From Rhynchopus sp. YZ270_cl-10 (taxonomy: Eukaryota): a stretch of DNA of 64,000 nt. The position numbers and the translations under genes are program-made. Under the pieces are notes generated by a model. That model was not told the DNA's origin. It saw nothing but the letters and a program-made list of their open reading frames with translations, and made no database searches. The stretch is taken from assembly GCA_964035575.1 (NCBI GenBank), contig OZ037846.1, positions 992,001 to 1,056,000 on the forward strand. The letters are read 5' to 3'. This document shows, one piece after another, positions 22,040 to 33,778 of this stretch. How positions within the stretch are numbered: position 1 is the stretch's first letter; every line of letters starts with the position of its first letter.

Positions 22040-24443
22040 GAAGCAAATGTGCGTATTCCTTTTTAGATTGCAATGGTAAAAAAAGGAAATTGAACACCGT
22101 GCCCCAACTTACTTTTTTTTCTATTCGGGAGGGTTGGAGCAGAGCAACACTTTACCGAGAGGTCGAGATGTGTGCGTTTGTTTCACCACCCCTAAACACA
22201 ACTTTTCTTTCTTGTTTTGACATTTTTCAATTTTCATGAAATTTTTCGTGTGTCCTTTTTTATCAATTCCCGACGAGAAAAAGAAAAACAGAAAATGTGT
22301 TGTGCAGTGTCACACTTACTTTTTCGAATTTTTCCTTTTTCTTATAGATTTGTGCGCACAGTGCATTCATGTCTACTGGTATAGAGGATTAGCAAAGCAC
22401 ACGAGGCTTAGTTCGCAACCCAAATAAAAATAAATTTCTAAGCACCGTGGCTTGACTTTATCTATGTACCAGTCTTTCTCTGTTCTCTGTACTTTTTTTT
22501 TTTTGTCACCTCATGAAGGAGGAAATAGAAACAAAGCATTTTGAACGCACTTTTGCGGTTATGGGGACGAACCGCGCTGCAGAGCCACGTCTCACCAAAA
22601 ACAGGTCGAGGATGTGTGCCGAGGTGTTGTGCGTTTCACCGAAAAAGAAGAGCATTTTCTTTTTTACTCCGTCATATCCTGAGGTCAGATTCTCTCTTTT
22701 TTACAGTATTCTATTCTTCTGAGATAGCAAACCAAATCACTGCGAGGCTTGGCTTTCATATTGTCAGTCCGACTTTTCTACGTTGCTTTGTCACCCACTT
22801 GCCCCATCGTTGGGGCGTCTGTAACCAGTGTGTCGTGAAATACCCCCAGCACCCCACAAACCACTGCAGCACCCGACAGTACTGCTACCGCATCGTGCAA
22901 GCCACATTACGCTTTTTAGTGTGTCTTGCATGCAGCAATCTACGAATAAAAAAGGGGGGAAATAGTGGCATTTTTTTGTTTTGTTTTCACACTCTGCTCG
23001 CTCAACTAAGGGGCAGCCTTCTTCCTTGTGACTCCTGCCTGCGCACGCGGCGCTCCACACCGTGCATTACTCTGCCACTCTCTCTCTTGCACACCCATTC
23101 CAACGTGGTTCAGGTTATCATAATGTGAGAGTCAAGTACCCCCCAACCCTGACCTGTCCTCTATTCTGTTGCCAAAGATACGTCTGTGTTGATTTGCAAG
23201 GATTTAGTAGCGTCTGTAGTGCCATCTCTACTGGCACTCCGTGCAGTTGACCCGACCCCTCAACCGCTGCTGCGCCCCGAGCCTGTCCGAGGACAGGATG
23301 TGCCATCCAGGGAACACCCGACGAATTTGCACAACAAGTTGTCTCAGTCTTCAATACCAAGGCACCGGAGCACAGCTTCTGCGTGTCCTCTGCCCGTCCT
23401 ATCGTACAAGTTGGTCAGTGCGAAAAAAACGCTCCCGAACAACACCATTGTCACCCACAAACCTCAGTCACCGGTAGCTTGTGTTGCCGGAACCATCCGC
23501 ACAAACACCCCAAAATTTTGCACATCGACAGCTCTCCCTTTAGATCCTCCTTCATCACCTCACCAATCACATGCAAGATCTCATGGAGGGACTGGACACT
23601 GGCGTATGTAACGTCTTGGGTCAGCCAGTCCTAGCACTCAGCGATTCTCTGAGTGCCTTGTACCCCCCCCTCCCTAGGGGGCGTAATGGCCTTAAGGAAG
23701 GGTGAAGCTTTTTGAATATTTTCACTTTTTTCCCGGAAAAAGTTAATAAATCTGCTAAAAACCGGCGGGGTACACCCTGGGATCTACGATCTAGGTCAGA
23801 GAACCCACTGAAACCACCAATGGACGACTTAGGGACAAAAACAATTTGGTTTTTTTTGAAAAAATGACTCCAAAACATGTTACAAAAATGTTACGGAAAA
23901 AGGCCGATTTAAGGCTTACTCTTGCATGGAACTTTAAAGTGACTTGGAGTCGTCTAAGGTGTCGAAAACACACCCAAATCGATTTTTTTGGGGTTTGTAT
24001 GGGTATTTCTATGTGATTTTGGGGAAAATTTCGTCGAAAATGGGTTTATTTTTGTGGCAAAAGGCCGTGAAGGCCCCATTTTTGCCCAATTTTACCGTAT
24101 TTTTTGAGTTTTTTTTCAAAAAAAAATCCAATTTAAAGTTGTAAGTACATGTCTGTGGCCTCCAAGGACCCCCGCATGTCATCCTGCCACTTCATGGGGG
24201 GTGTAACCCACCATGTTTGGGGGAAAGTACGTCGAGGGATGCGCCCCAAAATCCACTCTTGCATCGCGTAACGGTTGCGTAACGGTTGCAAAACGCACCT
24301 TTCCCTCAAATACCCCGCATGTGTTGCATGACCACCCAAAGTGCTGTAGCGTCATCTAAAGTGTCCAAAACACACCCAAAATGATTTTTCTGGGGTTATC
24401 AGGGTGTTTATATGTGTTTTTGGGGCTTTATCAGTCGAAAATA

Positions 24444-27427
24444 CACGGGTTGCCTACGATCGTAGTACGATCGTTTACGATCGTACCAAAAAACGATCGT
24501 AACGATCGTAAAATATCGTACTACGATCAACTACGATCGTACTACGATCGTAAACGATCGTAGTACGATCGTAGTACGATCATTACGATCGTAGTACGAT
24601 CGTAGTACGTTTGCCAAACGAAATAACGAATATCGCTTGAAATACCGTTCGATATTCCTTGCATGGTGTGCATGAAGCACACACAAGGTATATCAAACGA
24701 TAATCAATCAGATAAAACGTTACATCATTGGAAAATTGTTGGCACCGCCGCCCTGTCTTCGTATTTATTACGTCGACAGGCCAAACAACGTTGGGCTCAG
24801 AAGAAGCAGTGCTAGACAGTCACTGGGGATCAACATGAGAACCAACTCCCAACAACACAGGCTACCGAAGTAGCAGGTGGGGTGTTGCGGGTGTTTGGGG
24901 TGAAAGAAAATCGATTTTGGTAAGTTACAGCAGAAAATTCTTAAGTTTGCAATAGCGAGAAGGGTTACATTGCTCTTGCGAGCTGTGAACCGGTAAGGTT
25001 GAGAAGGGTGACACGGCATACAAGTACAAGTACAAGTAAGACGTACCTTCTGCAAAGGCTGAATTCGCAATTCTAAGGGATATGAATTCAGCCCCCACTG
25101 TTTTTTTGAGATGATCATTCCATGGTATACTAAGCGTTCCCGAAGAATGAATCACCCCCTCCTCGTTCATGCAAACTCAAGAAAATTCTGAAGTAACTAC
25201 AACCTGGCGTGCGGGTACAGATGCATTGCTTTGTTCTTTCCTCAAAGTCATGTGTGATCTCTCGGGTCTGTACTAAAGTCAGTGTTTAGATAAGCATCCA
25301 CTTGACTCGTTCTAACAACCGTTGAAATCTAGAACAAAACAACACACTGCCCCTTCTCACACCAAGCCGCCATGCTTCAAGAGCATGCCCTGGGCAAAAA
25401 TTACTGTGACAAAAATTAGTATTCTGGGGGAACGCAATATTTTCTTGTGTCTAGTCCTCCGCAAGCAGAGGACAGACTTTCCGGATCCCGAAGTCGAATT
25501 TCTTGCACTAGCTATGCTCCCTGGGTTAAATGGCTATAGCAGTGACTGACTAAGAGTTTCATAATAATTAGGGTGGTCTGGGGTGGGTTAATGGAAAAGT
25601 TGGTATATAAACCCGACTTTTACGATCGCCACCTGGTTTTGAAATAATTGCACCAGCTCTTCCGTGGGCACTGCTTCGCTGTCACGATGAAGGGTCGTCG
25701 GTTCGGGTACCTGATAAGAGAAATTGAATGTAAAAGTAGAGACTACAACAAAAAAACAAACAAACAAGAAGCCGCCCCGTACCCCACGTAAAAGTGACAT
25801 TTTTGTTGACAAAAAAAAAAAAAAAACGTGCCCGTCTAGGTGTCGATAGCATCGCTGTTATCAGGTCACAGCTGTCAAGGTCCGTCCGATGGCTCGCTGA
25901 CGCGGCATGGGGAACTGCACCACTCGATGCCTACGGCCCTAGCATATCAGCTAGAGCATCTAGGTGGTCTTCACCTCCAACCTCCTCTGCTGGCACATCG
26001 GAGGGTGACATGATCGACGACGTCCTCGCAGCGGGAGATCGGCCTGCCGCGAATGACGTGCCGCCTGCTGAGGGTGACCCTGAGCCCAACCGTATTTTAA
26101 AACTAAAGCGTTCTGTTTCTCCCCCCTCCCGTAAACAGAATCCATCAACACGTTCTTCAAAAAGAAAACGCTCGTCTTCCCCCAGAGCATGCGACAAAAC
26201 TGCCAAAAAACGGAAGAAATCCGTCATCAATGCCCCCCCCTCCGCCCCGCCACCCCCATCTGATGATGGCCCGGTGGGTAGTAGTATCAGCGACATCAGT
26301 GTGACATCTGCCACACAAGAGAGATCATCGCGCTCGTCTGCGGTGACATAAAAATGTTTAGTATAGTGGAGCACACTCTAGGGTGGCTACACTAATACAA
26401 CCAAGTTTTCAAAAAAAAAAAAAAATAGCGGACATGTCGAAAAGGGAGAAAACCGGGGGGTTAAAAACATACCTTGCACTCGGCCCACTCTCCAGGTACA
26501 AAGAACATCACTGCACGACAAACCCACTACTACAATAGAAAATAACTATTTTTTACCGAACAGAAAGGTCGTTTTATTGATGAGTGTTTTCTGAGTGCAC
26601 ACTCAGTGGGGACAAAATGCAACACTTCAAGGCATGCAATACTCCAAGGAATTTGCTAAGGAAAAGTCGATATTGTGGGCCCCTGTAGTAGTGCATATAG
26701 TTACCCCCAGATCGTCAAAACACCCGATTTTTGCGTTTTTTTTGCACTTTTTGGTGCCCAAAAACCCAACTCAGGGGTCGAAATTTTCCCGAAAAAAAAA
26801 ATTTTTTTTTTGAGATTTTTTGATTTTTTGACAAGGCGCTGGCCCATACAAAATGCACTGGTGGTACAGAAAATGACTGGGGAATTAACTCTAGATGCTC
26901 AAAACAGCCCAATTCTTGCTTTTTTTGACTTTTTGGTCCCAGAAGGGTACCTAGGGTGTAGTGAGCAGGCCTCAAAAACACTTGTGAAAAAAAAAAATTG
27001 GGATTTTTTTTTTTGAGATTTTTTCAAAAATCGACTTGTTTTTGGTAAAAATCACGAAATTTTGGGTTCGCGGAACCGCGTTTTAGACCCCCCTAGATGC
27101 TCAAAAGTGCCAAATTTTGCTTTTAATGGCCTCAAATCGTCGAAATTAGCCCAATATAGGGGCAAAAAAAAAAATTCGAGGGTCTAGGTATGGAGAGCGA
27201 GCACCTTAGAAGGAAGATCGTACGATCGTACTACGATCGTACTACGATCGTACTACGATCATTACGATCGTACTACGATCGTTACGATCGTAGTACGATC
27301 GTACGATCATAATACGATCGTAAGTACGATCGTACTACGATCGTACTTTGATCGTAGTACGATCGTAGTGCGATCAAAAAAGAGCTGCGATCGTAAGAGA
27401 TCGTACTACGATCGTAGGCAACCCGTG
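24444..27427. mobile_element. Nested TIR element with subterminal TACGATCG arrays
   Basis: TIR CACGGGTTGCCTACGATCGTAGTACGATC; AAAATA duplicated on both sides; 150-200 bp of TACGATCG repeats inside each end. Confidence 0.85.
25827..26425 (+). mobile_element. Probable 5'-truncated non-LTR retrotransposon 3' end (open frame, family A hairpin, poly-A)
   Basis: Startless open frame ending at 26351, followed by TAGTGGAG...CTACACTAATACAACCAAGTTTTC and an A-run; bounded by A-runs on both sides. Confidence 0.5.
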
Positions 27428-27820
27428 AAAATATGACATTTTTTTGGGTTTTTTGGGCTCCGAGGCCCTATTTTAGCCCGATTTTGCTGCGTTTTTTGCG
27501 TATTTTTTCATATTTTTTTTTCAAGTTAAAGTTGTAAGTACACGTCGTTGGCCTCCAAGGACCCCCACATGTCATCCTGCCACCTCCTGGGGGGTGTAAC
27601 CCACCATGTTTGGGGGAAAGTACGTTAAGGGATGCACCCCAAACCCCAATGCAAGAGTGGGGACGCTTGGACACTTTCGGACGCTTACCAATCCTGCTTC
27701 CCGCCACAAAAAAAAAAAAAAAAATCCTTCCCTCCCTTTTGTGGCAGGGCGCGCGCTAAATCCACACCCTCACACCCGGTTTTTTTGAGGTTTTTTCGCG
27801 GTACAAAAATTTTTTGATTA

Positions 27821-29003
27821 GGGTAGCACAATTAAAAATATTGTTTAGTGTCCTGCGCGCGAACAGATTTTTGGAAATCCAAAAAAAAAAAATAATTGGG
27901 ACACAACTACAAAAAAAATAATTTTTATGGTTGGTAGGTTGAAGTCAGGACGGACGAAGTCTCGGAGGGCCCTAAGGGGGAAGGTAGGTAGGGCACTTCT
28001 GTCTGGGAAAAAGTGACCAGAAAAAAAAATGTTGCGGTCCCGTGCTCCCAAATGTGCGAAATAAGCAAGAAATAAGCATTTTTGCGCACACGTGTATAAA
28101 AAAAAATCCGCCTCCGGCGGGGTTCGTTTTCGAGGATTTTCAGAGATCTCACGTTATGAAGATTTCCTTAAGAAACCATTGAATCTCATATTTCAGAATA
28201 ATAGTACCTCAGAGTGTTTTTGGACACACATATGACCCCACCGTGGAGAGCAATCGGCTCGTGCAATCAAAAGAAGGTGGAGAAAAGGTACAAGAATAAA
28301 AAAAGTTAGGTACCGTGCGCCTGCGGCGCTGCCTGTTCCCCACCAGTTTCTACAGGCAAACACTTGCCCCCTTTACCTTACACTGACGGGTTTTGACCAA
28401 AACCAAGAACTTGTCCATTTCGGCAAATTGACCCCACCACAGAACGGACGGATTCCGAAAATGCAAATGCCGGTGTTTTCGCGCATTTTCATGTTGCAAG
28501 ACGTCAGGATCAGGGAGAGAAAATCTGGTTGTGGGATTTACATTGGCCCTCTTTACACCTACATGGATTTTGACCAAAACCAAGAATTTGGCCATGTCGG
28601 CAAAGTGACCCCACTACAGTGCGGACGGATTCCGGAAATCCCAATCGCGGTATGTTTTCGGGCTGAAAACCCACTGTTTTTTCAGGGGAAAAAATTGCTT
28701 CCAAATGTCGGAATTTTCCGAATTTTCCTGAAAATGACCCTTGTTTACGAGTATGGGTTCATATTTTGCGAAAATTTAAGTCACTAAAATTTTGTCCATT
28801 TTTCCGTATTCACCCCACCACAAGCCGGGATTGGCTCAGAAATGCAACAAAACGCCCCAGAGTTAGGAAATAGCCTGAAAAGAGGGCAAAATAGGTGAGG
28901 GAAAAATTATTTTTTTTTGACTAGTTATTTTTTTTTTGCGTGCGTGCGAACAGATTTTTGGGGAGCGGTGGGACACTAAACAAGGTTTTTAATTGTGCTA
29001 CCC
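27821..29003. mobile_element. PIF/Harbinger-like MITE
   Basis: TIR GGGTAGCACAATTAAAAA..TTGTTTAGTGTCC; 3-bp TTA TSD (27818-27820, 29004-29006). Confidence 0.85.
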
Positions 29004-29285
29004 TTACACGATTTCCTTAAGAAAATCAGAGAATCCCACATTGTACAGTAAGGGCAGTTCAGATAGTTTTTGGACACACATGTGACCCCACCGTGGAGAG
29101 CAATCGGCTCGCGCAATCAAAAGAAAGCAGGGAAAAGGGGAAAGAAAAAAGAAAAAAGTTGGGTACCGTGCGCCTGCGGCGCTACCTGTTCCCTACCCCC
29201 CATGATGTACTTATGTATATTCCACCTGATTTTGACCATGTTTGCCGGTGTTTTCCGGTGTTGGCCGGTGAAGTCACGGTAATGG

Positions 29286-29837
29286 GTACTGTGTACTGTG
29301 TACTGTGTACTGTGTACTGTGTACTGTGTACTGTGTACTGTGTACTGTGTACTGTGTACTGTGTACTGTGTACTGTGTACTGTGTACTGTGTACTGTGTA
29401 CTGTGTACTGTGTACTGTGTACTGTGTACTGTGTACTGTGTACTGTGTACTGTGTACTGTGTACTGTGTACTGTGTACTGTGTACTGTGTACTGTGTACT
29501 GTGTACTGTGTACTGTGTACTGTGTACTGTGTACTGTGTACTGTGTACTGTGTACTGTGTACTGTGTACTGTGTACTGTGTACTGTGTACTGTGTACTGT
29601 GTACTGTGTACTGTGTACTGTGTACTGTGTACTGTGTACTGTGTACTGTGTACTGTGTACTGTGTACTGTGTACTGTGTACTGTGTACTGTGTACTGTGT
29701 ACTGTGTACTGTGTACTGTGTACTGTGTACTGTGTACTGTGTACTGTGTACTGTGTACTGTGTACTGTGTACTGTGTACTGTGTACTGTGTACTGTGTAC
29801 TGTGTACTGTGTACTGTGTACTGTGTACTGTGTACTG
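29286..29837. repeat. Perfect tandem repeat (GTACTGT)x~79
   Basis: Directly visible, 552 bp. Confidence 0.98.
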
Positions 29838-30067
29838 GCTGTCCGAAAGACCTGAAAATGACCCTTGTTTACGAGTACGGGTTCATATTTTGTGAAAATT
29901 TAAGTCACCAAAATTTTGTCCATTTTTCCGTATATCCCCCACCACAGCCCGGGATTTTCTCGGAAATGTAACATGACCCTGATTTTTCTACCCCCCTTCA
30001 CATACTTCCTGTAGGTACATTTTTTTGGACCCGATATCCATTTTTTCGGGAAATTTCCGAAAAGTTA

Positions 30068-31050
30068 GCGCGCGCCCTGTTTTGTGGGCGTCTCAAGACC
30101 TGGATCGGAAGCTTCGCCACCGCTTGTGACGCCGGAGCAACTGCGTGGACGACGAAGAGCGGGTCGGCAGTGAGGGCTTACGCCATTGCGGAAGAAGGCA
30201 GATGGCCGGCGGGCATGACTCTGCAGCGTGAAGTCGGCAGCCGTTTTGCGTACATTAGTACGAATGCTGCCCGTATCTTGCACCACACTGGCAGGTACAA
30301 GGACTTGGTGGCTAAGGGACATCTCACCATTGAGAATGATGCCCTGGAGCACCTCCTCGAAGACAGGGAAACCCGCCTTGTGCTTGCGGTGCTCACACTT
30401 GTGAATGCCTTTTTTCTGAAGGCATTGCAGTACCTGAAGAAGGACGGAGTTAAAAACTCCAAGTACGCCGAAGAAGTTGGGTACCCTGCCATTACAGAGC
30501 TCATCTCTGTATTGAAAAAGGGGGTGTTTCCTGAGTGGGTGTCTGAGGAGCTGGTCGGCGTTACCCAGGCCAAAACAATAGCCACAACAAAGGGTAACGT
30601 CGTGAAGTTCAAGAAGCTCCTGAAGGAAACTGCGGGAGTGATGGAGGAAATGTGGACCCGCTACCTCTCTTCTTGGCCACAGCCTTCGAACGCCACAGAA
30701 GCCCAGAGAAACGCTACCGCATGCACCAACGACTATGTCGAGGGGTTTAACGGCTACCTTGCTTGGGTCTCTGGCAGGCTCATGAATCAGACGAACCCAT
30801 GCACTGTTCTCGGCCTGGCCATGTGGGGATACAACTCCAAATCATTGGCCCACATCCCATTAAAAATGAAAGACATAGTTGCTGCACAGAAGGAGCCTGT
30901 GGAGTCAATCCGAGAAGTGTACAAGAGGATACACGGCAGTGGACACTAAGGTGGCGGAGGAAAACAGACTCGCTAAGAAGTTTAAAAATCCCACGAGCTT
31001 CGTGAACAGTATGAGAAATTGGGGCTCCCTGCTACTCAGCCACTACTGAA
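30068..31050 (+). pseudogene. C-terminal remnant of a putative DDE transposase
   Basis: Frame is open from ~30068 with no ATG start. Motifs GSRF...NAA and CTNDYVEGFNGYL (candidate catalytic Glu). Apparent frameshift near 30935. Lies within the 34-bp TIRs. Confidence 0.55.
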
Positions 31051-31530
31051 GAAGGACGTTGCCAAGGCTATTGCCACGGAGACGTACACCCCGCCATCGG
31101 ACAAGCAGACACTGAGAGTGCACAGACCAAGGGGAAAGGGGAAGAGGGGGAGGGGCACATAACATATCTAGCCAGTTTTGTGCATAAGAGGGGAGACGGG
31201 GGGGATCAGAAAATTTGTAAAAAGTACCCTCCCAACCCTCACCCATTTTACCTCATATTTCACCATATTTCACCATATTTCACCATTTTTTTTGCATTTT
31301 TCATGGTTCTGGTGCCAATTTTTGCCCGACAGGGGGTCCCAGGGTGTTTTTGAGGTGGATTTTGGCATTTTTCCCTGGTCAAAAGTAGTTTTTCCCGTTT
31401 TTTGTGGTTTGGCTTCACCCTTCCTTAAGGCCATTACGCCCCCTACCCCCCCTCCCCCACCTCACCCAATAACCCGCCTTCTCAGGAATAGCCTTGCACT
31501 GCGAAGCTACACGCCATAGAACGTAGCACA

Positions 31531-33243
31531 ATGCGCTGTCTGGAGGCTGCGTTGTCGCAGGCTGGTGCACATTGCCCTCGGGAGCGGGAGAAACGCAAGC
31601 TGTTCTTTCTGATGAACGTAGCGTCATGCGTGCTACATGCCGTGAGCGCCCTGCTGGTGTGGACGGACATGAAAGGACGGTACATCTACTTCGCGGCGTG
31701 CGTCATGAACAGTGTTGCATCGCTCGCCGCCATTGCGTTGGTGCTGTGCAAATACAACGTGACGACACCAGTCGTTGTCTGTCTGGCGCAGGTCTACTTC
31801 ATTTCGACCATCTTCATCGATGTCTCTGCGCGCACTCAAGAGATAACCGCGTGGCCTCTGCTTGTGGTTATCATCGATTTCCTCCTAGTGATGCAGGTGC
31901 CCACACACCACAGCATGTGGTTGGTGTGTGTCGCAGTAGTGTACTTAGTCGTGATGTGCAATGAGGAAAACTTCAGGTTTGGCATCCTCGACATACCAGG
32001 TCTCATGCCGCAGGAGGAGAGGGCTGCGTTCATGGCAGAGAGGGTCGCGTGCACAGAGCTGCCATGTCCCAAGAAGAAAGTAGACTTTCACATAGCTGCC
32101 GTGGTGGTGTTCGTAACAGACTTCATCGTTACGCGAGGCTTTGCGCGGGGTATTGTGAAGGAGCAGGAGTCAATGGAGCGGACGATCAACACCGTGCAGG
32201 AGATTGCGTCGTTGCTGGCTGGCTACGACGTGGAGCAGGTGGCGGAGCTGTTGAAGAAGCATGGGGGTGACCTGCCTGAGGGGATGACAGTTGCACTTCG
32301 GAGACTGGAGGAGAACCTGAGGATGTACAAGGCGTACCTCCCGAAGACGTGTCTGCCGTTTGCGTGCGAGAGGGCCGATCCTAACAGTGCTGAGGGAAGT
32401 GTTGAAAGCGTGGACACGGAAGTGTCGATGCCGAGTTTTTCATCGAGTTGTCGCCTGCAACAGCTGGGCCTGGCTTCATTGGGCCTCTTGTCTGCGAAGG
32501 TAACGCTGCTGACAGTGAACGTGAAGGACACACTGATCCGCTTGGTGGAAGACAGTGCATGTTTCTCGGACCTGTTCACAACTCTTCTTCTGAAGACGTT
32601 GCAGGGAACAGAGACAAGACGTGGGATGGTGGACGTGTTCATTGGTGACAGGATCCACTGCTCGTTCAACGCGTCAAAGCAGTGTGCGTCGCACGCAACC
32701 TCAGCACTGCACACAGCCACCCTGCTCATCAGAGGTGGTGTCACATCGTACGCGAATGTGGGTGTTGCGACTGGGAAGGTGCTGCGTGGTGACATGGGTT
32801 GTGAGGTGATGCGTCGGTTCAGCATGGTGGGGGAGCTTGTGCGTGATGTGAACGGGCTGGAACGTGCGGGGCGCATGCTGGGGTGTGATGTGGTGTGCAA
32901 CAGGATGTGCTTCAGCGATGCTGAGTGCGAACACCAGCTGCGTCTGCTTCCGTGCAAGGTGGAGGTTGCCTCTGGCTGTGAGGCACAGGTTGTGGCGGAA
33001 CTGATTGCGAAACAAGAGAACACAGCGGAAACAGCAGACGAATGGATGTACATGATTGGCGGGAAGAAGGAGTGGGAGGAGTACAACAATGCCGTGCGTG
33101 GGTATCTGCGTGGTGAGCAGTCTGACCTTGACGTTGCTATGGCATGGTCAGCTGCGGGAGGGGTTGGCACACCAGCACACGCAGTTCCTTCCGGGACGTG
33201 CCGTGTTGTGTGTTCCTATCTTGCAAAGCCATCTGGAAAATAA
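31531..33243 (+). CDS. 6-TM receptor-type protein with degenerate class III cyclase domain (type B, gene 1)
   Basis: Six hydrophobic segments; linker MERTINTVQEIASLLAGYDVE; cyclase-like motifs VTLLTVNVK, GMVDVFIGD, VGVATG..LRGDMG..RRFSMVG, with most catalytic residues missing. Confidence 0.85.
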   Translation: MRCLEAALSQAGAHCPREREKRKLFFLMNVASCVLHAVSALLVWTDMKGRYIYFAACVMNSVASLAAIALVLCKYNVTTPVVVCLAQVYFISTIFIDVSARTQEITAWPLLVVIIDFLLVMQVPTHHSMWLVCVAVVYLVVMCNEENFRFGILDIPGLMPQEERAAFMAERVACTELPCPKKKVDFHIAAVVVFVTDFIVTRGFARGIVKEQESMERTINTVQEIASLLAGYDVEQVAELLKKHGGDLPEGMTVALRRLEENLRMYKAYLPKTCLPFACERADPNSAEGSVESVDTEVSMPSFSSSCRLQQLGLASLGLLSAKVTLLTVNVKDTLIRLVEDSACFSDLFTTLLLKTLQGTETRRGMVDVFIGDRIHCSFNASKQCASHATSALHTATLLIRGGVTSYANVGVATGKVLRGDMGCEVMRRFSMVGELVRDVNGLERAGRMLGCDVVCNRMCFSDAECEHQLRLLPCKVEVASGCEAQVVAELIAKQENTAETADEWMYMIGGKKEWEEYNNAVRGYLRGEQSDLDVAMAWSAAGGVGTPAHAVPSGTCRVVCSYLAKPSGK

Positions 33244-33475
33244 CCCACACCCCCACCTTCAGTAGGGCTGTGGGTGTTTGTTCTCCACTCTCTCTTGCAC
33301 ACTCTCCCACTGTGGTTCAGGTTCTCGTGTTAACAATGTGAAGGTCAAGTACCCCCCTCTCCCGCCTGTACTCTGTTTGTGTTTGCCAAGAATACGTCAA
33401 ATTGAAATCAACTTTTGTTGACTTGCAAGGGCTTAGTAGCGTCTGCGTGGTGTCATTATGACGGAAGCTGGTGGG

Positions 33476-33610
33476 GAAGGACACACTGGGCCGCTTGGTG
33501 GAAGACAGTGCATGTTTCTCGGAACTGTTCACAACTCTTCTTCTGAAGACGTTGCAGGGAACAGAGACAAGACGTGGGATGGTGGACGTGTTCATCGGGG
33601 ACAGGATCCA
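33476..33610 (+). pseudogene. Short duplicated fragment of the type B pseudo-cyclase domain
   Basis: Near-identical to ~32523-32657. Confidence 0.85.
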
Positions 33611-33778
33611 GCTCATGACACGATGACACAAAAAAAGCAACCCCCCTAACTTTTTTTTTACCCCACCTGTGTTTTCTCGAAACGAAACACCCATTTGTTC
33701 CCAGGAATTTCATTTTTTTGTGGGGATTTGTTTGGATGCCCTGAGCAGCTGGCTGTACACATGCAAAGAGAGAACGCA

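Larger units (their letters stand above)
23675..31445 (+). mobile_element. Composite decayed DNA transposon (7.8 kb including nested insertions)
   Basis: Perfect 34-bp TIR TAGGGGGCGTAATGGCCTTAAGGAAGGGTGAAGC (23675-23708; 31412-31445); flanking CCCCCCCTCCC duplicated (11 bp, low complexity); transposase-like remnant near the right end. Confidence 0.85.

Noticed and set aside
29093..29971. ORFs with (YCVLCTV)n repeats
   Set aside because: Translations of the 7-bp satellite.
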